From Acidimicrobiales bacterium (GTDB lineage: Bacteria; Actinomycetota; Acidimicrobiia; Acidimicrobiales; CADCTF01): a stretch of DNA of 24,000 bases. The translations under genes and the position numbers were made by a program. The notes under the pieces are model-generated. The model was not told where the DNA came from and did not search any database. It worked only from the letters and a program-made list of their open reading frames with translations. Below are positions 16,137 to 22,386 of the stretch, piece by piece. The DNA lies in assembly GCA_035525495.1 (NCBI GenBank), contig DATLED010000089.1:8319-32318 (forward strand). The letters run 5' to 3'. Each line of letters opens with the position of its first letter. Position 1 is the first letter of the stretch.

Positions 16137-16499
16137 CTACCCGGGCGGCCAGCCCATGGTGCGCCCGCCGAGGACGTGCAGGTGGAGGTGGGGGACGGTG
16201 TTGCCGCTGTCGCGCCCGACGTTGAACACGAGGCGGTAGCCGCGCTCGTCGAGTCCCTCCTCGGTCACCACCTGTCGCGCGAGGGCGAACACTCCGGCGA
16301 GGTCGGTGGAATCAGCAGCGGCGTCGATCGTGCCCGCGTCCGTGATGTGCCGGCGCGGGATGACGAGGACGTGGCTGGGCATCGCCGGGTTGACGTCGCG
16401 GAACGCATAGGCGAGCTCGCTTTCGGCCACGATCGTGCTCGGGATCGTGCCGGCGAGGATCTTGCAGAACAGGCAGTCGGGATCGTCCACGCTGGGCAA
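16137..16499 (-). CDS. HIT-family (histidine triad) nucleotide hydrolase
   Basis: DCLFCKI N-terminus and HLHLHVLGG histidine triad. 120 aa from GTG 16499. The upstream 175 aa of the 295-aa track ORF are R/P-rich shadow. Confidence 0.88.
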   Translation of the reverse strand: MPSVDDPDCLFCKILAGTIPSTIVAESELAYAFRDVNPAMPSHVLVIPRRHITDAGTIDAAADSTDLAGVFALARQVVTEEGLDERGYRLVFNVGRDSGNTVPHLHLHVLGGRTMGWPPG

Positions 16500-16506
16500 C
16501 GTAGGT

Positions 16507-16516
16507 TGCGGGACGT
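16507..16516. promoter_or_regulatory. Overlapping divergent -10-like hexamers (bidirectional leaderless promoter candidate)
   Basis: + strand TAGGTT (16511-16516) lies 7 nt before GTG 16524. Minus strand TACGTT (16512-16507) lies 7 nt before GTG 16499. Both fit TANNNT. Confidence 0.4.
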
Positions 16517-16523
16517 GCCCGAC

Positions 16524-17069
16524 GACGACTTCCTGGCGTCGCTCGACCACCTCGTCGCCGACGCCGTGGCCGAGTCCGCTGCCCGCGAGCGCTCCCGCAC
16601 CCGAGTGCTGCGACAGATCGCGGAGGAGGAGGCGACGTTCGTGGGCGTGGCGCTGGACCTGGCGGAGCAGGGGGCGACGGTGGTCGTGCGGACGTCGTCG
16701 GGCCGTGCGCATCGCGGCGGCGTGGTCGCCGTGGGGCGGGACTTCTTGGTCGTTCGGGATGGCGGGAGGCCGCCCGCGTTCCTTGCCATCCGCGCGATCG
16801 CGTCGCTGCGGCCGCAGGCCGGGTCGGCGTCCCCGGACACCGCCGGGGGCCGTTCGGCACCGCTGGACATCGGCCTCGCCGCGTTGCTTCCGACGATGGC
16901 GGCGGGCCGTCCTCGCGTCCAGGTCTGCGCGCTCGGCGACGAGCCGCTCGCCGGGGAGCTCCGCTCGTCCGGCGTGGATGTCCTGACACTGCGCCTCGAC
17001 GGCGAGGCGGGACTGCGCGCCCACATCCGCCTCGACGCCGTCGCCGAGCTGTTGTTGTTCGACGTCTGA
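16524..17069 (+). CDS. Hypothetical protein with two tandem beta-rich repeats
   Basis: G/C third-position bias on the + strand. Plausible sequence ...RVLRQIAEEEATFVGVALDLAEQGATVVVRTSSGRAHRGGVVAVGRDFLVVRDGG... with a second similar half ...RPRVQVCALGDEPLAGELRSSGVDVLTLRLDGE... TTG 16515 is an alternative start. Confidence 0.6.
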   Translation, partial: DDFLASLDHLVADAVAESAARERSRTRVLRQIAEEEATFVGVALDLAEQGATVVVRTSSGRAHRGGVVAVGRDFLVVRDGGRPPAFLAIRAIASLRPQAGSASPDTAGGRSAPLDIGLAALLPTMAAGRPRVQVCALGDEPLAGELRSSGVDVLTLRLDGEAGLRAHIRLDAVAELLLFDV

Positions 17070-17076
17070 CCGCCGA

Positions 17077-17304
17077 CTACTCGCCGGGCTCGATGCGCTC
17101 CGGGTAGAGGTGGGCGAGCGACCCGGGCTGGACCTTGGTGGTCTCGAGGAAGGCGTCGAGGTCGCTCTCCTTGACCCGGATGACCCGGCCCATCTTGTAG
17201 GCGGGGATCGACCCCTCGTCGATCATGCGGTACAACGTCCGCGGCACCACGCCGAGTCGCTCGGCGGCCTCCGTCGTTCCCAACCAGCGGATGGCGTCGG
17301 TCAT
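17077..17304 (-). CDS. Small excisionase/MerR-type helix-turn-helix DNA-binding protein (75 aa)
   Basis: MTDAIRWLGTTEAAERLGVVPRTLYRMIDEGSIPAYKMGRVIRVKESDLDAFL is the HTH_17/excisionase-family pattern. The alternative GTG 17322 lies inside the predicted promoter. Confidence 0.8.
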   Translation of the reverse strand: MTDAIRWLGTTEAAERLGVVPRTLYRMIDEGSIPAYKMGRVIRVKESDLDAFLETTKVQPGSLAHLYPERIEPGE

Positions 17305-17312
17305 CGAATGGG

Positions 17313-17342
17313 ATTTTACCACTTCCCTCCTTCTCCTGTCAT
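17313..17342 (-). promoter_or_regulatory. Near-consensus sigma-70-type promoter (ATGACA-N18-TGgTAAAAT) for the small HTH gene
   Basis: Minus strand: ATGACA (17342-17337), 18-nt spacer ending in TGG, TAAAAT (17318-17313). Only 8 nt lie between the -10 box and ATG 17304, implying a leaderless or near-leaderless mRNA. Confidence 0.45.
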
Positions 17343-17418
17343 TCGCTATCGTTTCGATGCAGGCCGCCGGAGCCACCGAGCAGGGGTTGCGGGGCTCGGC
17401 GCAGAAACGAGAACTCGC

Positions 17419-18156
17419 ATGCCGGACGTCGCCGTCGCTCCCGATCGCCCGATCCTCGGCTCGGCAGACGGTGTCGCCCGTGGACGCCGGCTGTCCAGGC
17501 GGTCGACGCTCCCTACGGGGCGGGCCGTCGTCGGTGGGTTCCTCGTGGCGGTGGCGGCGCTCGGGATCTTCGCCGCGTGGTCTTCGGCGTCGGCGGGTCC
17601 GACGACGACCTACGTCGTCGCCCGCCGCGACCTCCCGATCGGATCTCGGCTCACCGCAGACGATCTGACCTCGCTGCCCATGGACCTGCCTGAGGTGGTG
17701 GCCGCCCGCGCCGTCTTCCGCACCGAAGCACTGCTCCTCGGCGCCACAACCGTCGGTCCGGTCCGCCGCGGCGAGCTCGTTCAAGCGAGCGACGTGGTGC
17801 GCAAGCGCAGCGCCCCGCCCGAGCTCGAGGTGTCCTTCGAGCTCGACTCGGCTCGGGCGCTCGCCGGCACGCTGCGGGCTGGAGAACGGGTCGACGTCCT
17901 CGCCACCTTTGGCGCCGGGGGCGACACCTACACCGTCGCCGTCGTCCGCCAGGCGCTCGTCCTCGACGCAGGCCATGGAAGCGGACGGCTCGCCGACAGC
18001 GACCGGGACGTGATCAGCGTCGCCGTGACTTCGGCGCAGGATGCGCTCGCGCTGACCCACGCCCTCAACGCCGGCAAGGTCACCCTCGTCCGGGCCACTG
18101 GGGCTGCCGTGAGCGCCGACGTCGGCAAGACGTACCAGGCGCCAGCCGCGGGATGA
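17419..18156 (+). CDS. cpaB: Flp pilus assembly protein CpaB/RcpC (SAF domain)
   Basis: N-terminal TM (AVVGGFLVAVAALGIFAAW), then SAF-like TTYVVARRDLPIGSRLTADDLTSLPMDLP and RcpC-like RVDVLATFG...YTVAVVRQALVLD. Upstream in-frame codons are A/T-ending, so ATG 17419 is preferred. Confidence 0.8.
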   Translation: MPDVAVAPDRPILGSADGVARGRRLSRRSTLPTGRAVVGGFLVAVAALGIFAAWSSASAGPTTTYVVARRDLPIGSRLTADDLTSLPMDLPEVVAARAVFRTEALLLGATTVGPVRRGELVQASDVVRKRSAPPELEVSFELDSARALAGTLRAGERVDVLATFGAGGDTYTVAVVRQALVLDAGHGSGRLADSDRDVISVAVTSAQDALALTHALNAGKVTLVRATGAAVSADVGKTYQAPAAG

Positions 18157-19448
18157 CGACGGACGGGCGCTTCGTCGTCCTCGGGCTCGCTCAGGCGCGG
18201 TCGACGTGGTTCCGCGCCGTGGCGGAGTGGGCGAACTCGGCGTCGATTCCCGTCGAGTTCGTGAAGTGCATGTCGCCGGCGGAGCTGCGGGCGCACCTGG
18301 GGAGCGGTCGGGCCTTCTCCGCCCTCCTCGTGGACGGCGCCCTCCCGGCCCTCGATCGAGACCTCGTGGACGCTGCCGCGGAGGTCGGCTGCGCCGTCGT
18401 CGTCGTCGACGACGTCCGGGTGACGCGCGACTGGAGGGCGCTCGGGGCCGCCGCCGTCATCAACCCGGTCTTCGAGCGCAAGGACCTCCTCGACGTGCTC
18501 GCGACCCACACGGCGCGCATCCCCCGTGGCGACCGCGTTCCAGGCCAGGTCGGCGCCGCCGTTGGGCCGGGTGCACGTGGTCACGTGGCGCTGGTGTGTG
18601 GACCCGGCGGGACGGGCGTGTCGACGGCCGCCATCGCGCTCGCGCAGGGTCTTGCAGACGACGCCCGCTATGCCCGCTCGGTCCTGCTCGCGGACTTCGC
18701 CCGCCACGCCGAGCAGGCGATGCTCCACGACGCGCGTGACGTCGTGCCCGGCGTGCAGGAGCTCGTCGACGCCCACCGCACGGCGCGACCGCCGCTCGAG
18801 CAGGTTCGCTCGTTCACCTTCGACGTCGAGGAGCGCGGCTACCACCTCCTGCTCGGTCTCCGTCGCGCCAGGAGCTGGTCTTCCATTCGTCCGCGAGCCT
18901 TCGACGCCGCCTTCGACTCGACGCGGCGTGGCTGGCGGGCCGTCGTGTGCGACACCGACCCCGACCTCGAGGGCGAGGACGAAGGAGGAAGCATCGACGT
19001 CGAGGAGCGTCACGTCATGTCCCGGACGGTGGCCGCCCACGCCGATGTCGCGTTCATCGTCGGCCTCGCGGGGATGAAGGGCATCCACTCGATGGTGCGG
19101 GTCCTCACCGAGCTCCTCGACCATGGCGTCCCTGCGCCGACGGTCGTTCCCGTCGTCAACCGCGCACCCAAGGCCGGACGAGCCCGTGCGGAGATCACGT
19201 CAGCGGTCGGCTCACTGCTCCGCGGACGGCCCGCGAGCGGAGCGATGCCGTCGCCGATCTTCCTCCCCGAACGGCGCGTCGACGAGGCCTTGCGCGATGG
19301 CGTGCGCCTTCCCACGTCGCTGACGGCGCCCCTCGCGGGCGCCTTCGTCGCGGTCGTCCGATCCAGCGCGACGTCGAACCGGACCCCGACGCGCGACGAA
19401 CCGCAACTCGTCGCTCCCGGCTCGCTCGGACGCTGGAGTGACCGCTAA
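18153..19448 (+). CDS. tadZ: TadZ/CpaE/Ssd-like ParA-MinD-family ATPase with N-terminal receiver-like domain
   Basis: ATG 18153 overlaps the cpaB TGA (ATGA). N-terminal pseudo-receiver (FVVLGLA...ALLVDGALP...AVVVVDD). Deviant P-loop VCGPGGTGVSTAAIALA, then VLLADF... and VVCDTDP. Confidence 0.8.
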   Translation: MTTDGRFVVLGLAQARSTWFRAVAEWANSASIPVEFVKCMSPAELRAHLGSGRAFSALLVDGALPALDRDLVDAAAEVGCAVVVVDDVRVTRDWRALGAAAVINPVFERKDLLDVLATHTARIPRGDRVPGQVGAAVGPGARGHVALVCGPGGTGVSTAAIALAQGLADDARYARSVLLADFARHAEQAMLHDARDVVPGVQELVDAHRTARPPLEQVRSFTFDVEERGYHLLLGLRRARSWSSIRPRAFDAAFDSTRRGWRAVVCDTDPDLEGEDEGGSIDVEERHVMSRTVAAHADVAFIVGLAGMKGIHSMVRVLTELLDHGVPAPTVVPVVNRAPKAGRARAEITSAVGSLLRGRPASGAMPSPIFLPERRVDEALRDGVRLPTSLTAPLAGAFVAVVRSSATSNRTPTRDEPQLVAPGSLGRWSDR

Positions 19449-20137
19449 CCCCCGGTACGAATCGTCCGCGCCGCGAGGACGCCCGCCAGCACCGCCGCCC
19501 ACAGGCTGAGCTCGGGTCCAGCCGGGACGCCCCACGCCACCTGCACGTCGGCGATCCACGCCATCCAGCACCACCCCACGAACGCGCCGAGGCTGGTGAC
19601 GACGGCCGCAACGACCCGTCCATGGCCGAGCACGGCACGCGCCAGGAAGAACACGAGGACGCCGAGGACGAACCCGACCGGCACGTAGACGACGGCGAGG
19701 CCCAATGCCGGCGCTTGGCCGTGATCGCTGCGGAACCCGAGCCACACCGGCGCCAGATGGCCGACGACCGCCGCCATTCCCGCCCACAGCGCCGCCGACT
19801 GCCACGACACGAGGACCTGATCGGACAGGAAGGCGACGGCACTCTGGTTCGGGCGCGTCGCCGATCCGCCTGGTGACACGGCGATCACGAGGTGCCATGC
19901 GGCCGTCGCCGCCAGCAGCACCTTGGCCGTGTCGAGCACGGCGACCAGCGGCGAGCCCGCAGCTCCGCCGCCGGTGAGGATCGCCAGCAGCTGGTCGTCG
20001 AGCGGTCGTCCCGCCAACTCGATCCGCCGCAATCCTCGCCGAATCGAACGTCGACCGAAGAGGAACCCGAACGGCACCGAGCCGAGCAGGTACGCCCCGA
20101 GCACGGCGAGGCCGGCGACGAGGCCGACCGCCCTCAC
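19445..20137 (-). CDS. PlsY-like polytopic membrane protein lacking the canonical PlsY catalytic motifs
   Basis: GTG 20137-20135 overlaps the dinG TGA (GTGA). AYLLGSVPFGFLFG and VGHLAPVWLGFRSDHGQAPALG resemble PlsY (YLLGSIPFG; GHxFPVFxxFKGGKGVAT). The GSGNxGATN and GGKG motifs are absent. Confidence 0.55.
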   Translation of the reverse strand: MRAVGLVAGLAVLGAYLLGSVPFGFLFGRRSIRRGLRRIELAGRPLDDQLLAILTGGGAAGSPLVAVLDTAKVLLAATAAWHLVIAVSPGGSATRPNQSAVAFLSDQVLVSWQSAALWAGMAAVVGHLAPVWLGFRSDHGQAPALGLAVVYVPVGFVLGVLVFFLARAVLGHGRVVAAVVTSLGAFVGWCWMAWIADVQVAWGVPAGPELSLWAAVLAGVLAARTIRTGG

Positions 20138-22308
20138 GGACGCAGCGGTGCGAGAAAGGCCTCGACGTCGGCGCGATCGCGCGTGCGCTTCATCGGCGGC
20201 AACGCCCGCACGAGGTCCCACCGGTAGCCCGCCTTGCCGAGGCGCGGGTCGAGGATGGCGACGACGCCGCGGTCGGTCGCGGACCGGATGAGGCGGCCGG
20301 TGCCCTGTGCGAGCAACGTCGCCGCACGGGGGAGGTCGATCACGCGGAAGGCCGCTGCCCCGGCCCGCTCGCGCCGCGCCTGCAGCAGCGGCTCGTCCGG
20401 CCGCGGGAACGGGATCCGGTCGATGGTCACGAGTGACAGAGCCTCTCCGGGCACGTCAACCCCCTGCCAGAACCCCATGGTGGCGAACAGGCAAGACGTG
20501 TGGTCGTCGGTGAACGCCTTGATGAGGGCGGGCTTGGGCAGATCAGACTGCGTCAGCACCCGCCAGGGCACCCGGGGCGAGAGCGCCTCGGCCGCTGCGG
20601 TCATCGCGCGCCAGCTGGTGAAGAGGGCCAACGTTCGCCCGCCGGCGGCGCGCATCAGCCGCTCGAGCTCGTCGTGCATCGCGGCCTCGTACGCCGGCGT
20701 GCGCGGGTCGGGGAGCGCCAGCGCGCAGTAGAGCAGCGCGTTGTTCGGATAGTCGAACGGCGACCCGACGTCGAGCTCGGTGACGGCTCCGGTCTCGATG
20801 CCGATCCGGGCAGGGAGGTGTGGCGGGATCGTGGCGCTCGTCAACACGGCGACGACGTCGCCCCACAGCTTCTCGGAGAGCAACGGCCCGACCTCGACCG
20901 GCGAGCACTTGAAGACGGGCGCGTGCGGCGGACCCTCGACCCACGAGACGTACGACGACGGCAGGCCGGCCACGAATGCGAGGTCGCCGGCCAGATGCCC
21001 ACCGGCTTGGAGGGCCCGCCCCTTGCGGGCTTCGTCCCTCTCGGACTTTCGGATGGCCGCGACGAGCCGATTCGCCCGCTCGGCGGCGAGGACGAGCACC
21101 GCCCCGAGCTCCTCGCCGAGCTCGGTCGGCAGCCGCTTGTTCCGCCAAGGATCGAGCGCCACCTCCCACCGGTCGCCCATCGCCTCGAGCTCGTCGGCGA
21201 GCACGACCTCATCGGGCGCCAGCAGGCCACGCGCGTTTCGCGCCAGGGACCGGAAGCGTCCCGCCCCGAGCTCGAGGCCCAGGGCGGAGGACGCCACGTC
21301 CTCGAGCTCGTGGGCCTCGTCGAAGATGACGACGTCGTGGTCCGGCAACACGTGCCCGCCACTCGCCAGGTGCGTCCCGTAGAGGTGGGTGTTCGCAACC
21401 ACGACATCGGCCTGCTCGGCCCGCTCCCGCGCGAACTCGGCGAAGCACGCGTCGCCCGACGGGCACCGCGCCGCTCCCGGACACTCCATGGCGTTCACGC
21501 TGACCTGCGCCCACGCCTTCGGCGTCGGCTCGAAGTCGAGCTCGCTCCGTTCGCCGGTCTCGGATTCCGCACCCCACTGCAACAACCGCATGACCTGCGC
21601 GCTGAACCCGGTGCCAAGGTCTTCCGCGTCGACGCCGTCGAGGTCGAGCTGGTCGCCGCCGCCGGCCACCTCGCGGCCACGCTGGCGGCAGAAGTAGTTG
21701 GACCGACCCTTCACCACGGCGAACTCGAACGGCGCGTCGAGGTGCGCCTGCAGGAACGGAAGGTCCTTGGCGGCGAGCTGATCCTGCAACGCCTTGGTCG
21801 CGGTGGCGACGACCACCTTGCGCCCGCTGAGCAGCGCGGGAACGAGGTAGCCGACGGACTTCCCGGTGCCGGTGCCCGCCTGGACGATCAGGTGGCGATT
21901 CGACTCGATGGCGGCGGCGACGGCGAGGGCCATCTCGACCTGACCGGGGCGGGCCTCGCCGCCGCCGGGGAGAGCGGCCACGACCTTGCCGAGGCGGCCG
22001 ACGACGAGATCGGTGTCGATTCGGATGTGTGGGGGCGCCGCCTCCTCACCCTCCGCCGGGGGCGCGACGTGCGTCTCGGAACCATGGGCGCAGCGGCCGC
22101 GTCGCACGGCCTCGTTGTGGCACTCCGCGCACAGCAGGACCTCGCAGCACGCTCGGCGCTCGGGGAGGTACCTTCCTGGCGACCAGCGGTCGCACCGAGC
22201 ACAGCGCCCGTCCGGACCGGGGACGACGACGCGTGACGCGGGGGCTCCCGGGCCATCGGTCGTCGTCGTCTCGTCCACGCCAGAGACGGTACCGGCCTGG
22301 TCGGACAC
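20134..22308 (-). CDS. dinG: DinG/XPD-family ATP-dependent DNA helicase (Fe-S type) with Cys-rich N-terminal extension
   Basis: Motif I QAGTGTGKS, DEAH box (VIFDEAHELED), four Fe-S cysteines (FCRQ...ECPGAARCPSGDACF), C-terminal motifs TSATI, GxFWQGVD-like (MGFWQGVDVPG), GRLIRS. The GTG 22308 start is uncertain. Confidence 0.88.
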   Translation of the reverse strand: MSDQAGTVSGVDETTTTDGPGAPASRVVVPGPDGRCARCDRWSPGRYLPERRACCEVLLCAECHNEAVRRGRCAHGSETHVAPPAEGEEAAPPHIRIDTDLVVGRLGKVVAALPGGGEARPGQVEMALAVAAAIESNRHLIVQAGTGTGKSVGYLVPALLSGRKVVVATATKALQDQLAAKDLPFLQAHLDAPFEFAVVKGRSNYFCRQRGREVAGGGDQLDLDGVDAEDLGTGFSAQVMRLLQWGAESETGERSELDFEPTPKAWAQVSVNAMECPGAARCPSGDACFAEFARERAEQADVVVANTHLYGTHLASGGHVLPDHDVVIFDEAHELEDVASSALGLELGAGRFRSLARNARGLLAPDEVVLADELEAMGDRWEVALDPWRNKRLPTELGEELGAVLVLAAERANRLVAAIRKSERDEARKGRALQAGGHLAGDLAFVAGLPSSYVSWVEGPPHAPVFKCSPVEVGPLLSEKLWGDVVAVLTSATIPPHLPARIGIETGAVTELDVGSPFDYPNNALLYCALALPDPRTPAYEAAMHDELERLMRAAGGRTLALFTSWRAMTAAAEALSPRVPWRVLTQSDLPKPALIKAFTDDHTSCLFATMGFWQGVDVPGEALSLVTIDRIPFPRPDEPLLQARRERAGAAAFRVIDLPRAATLLAQGTGRLIRSATDRGVVAILDPRLGKAGYRWDLVRALPPMKRTRDRADVEAFLAPLRP

Positions 22309-22355
22309 CTCTGGGGGAACGCCCGGCGGGTCGGTTCGAACCCATTGACGCGGCG

Positions 22356-22380
22356 GGCGCCTCGACTCCGGACAGGCGCC
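22356..22380 (-). terminator. Weak hairpin between the sigma-factor gene and dinG
   Basis: GGCGCCT (22356-22362) and AGGCGCC (22374-22380): 7-bp stem, 11-nt loop, no U-tract. May not terminate, so sigma-dinG-plsY-like could be one operon. Confidence 0.2.
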
Positions 22381-22386
22381 AGCGGG

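Noticed and set aside
17077-17304. The excisionase-family HTH gene as a marker of a prophage or integrative element
   Set aside because: No integrase, att-like direct repeats, tRNA target or compositional shift is nearby. The neighbours are core genes and tad genes.
17928-19124. 398-aa minus-strand ORF antisense to tadZ, and the N-terminal 250 aa of ORF 17077-18060
   Set aside because: There are no motifs, and both lie opposite well-supported cpaB/tadZ coding sequence. Only the last 75 codons of 17077-18060 (the HTH protein) look genuine.
20500-22236. 578-aa + strand ORF antisense to dinG
   Set aside because: The opposite strand carries all the DinG/XPD helicase motifs. The + strand product is R/G/E/L low-complexity.
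22333-22342. tRNA T-arm-like palindrome GGTTCGAACC between the sigma gene and dinG
   Set aside because: The flanking sequence does not fold into acceptor, D or anticodon arms, and the T-stem would be only 3 bp. It may be a short protein-binding palindrome, but it is not a tRNA.
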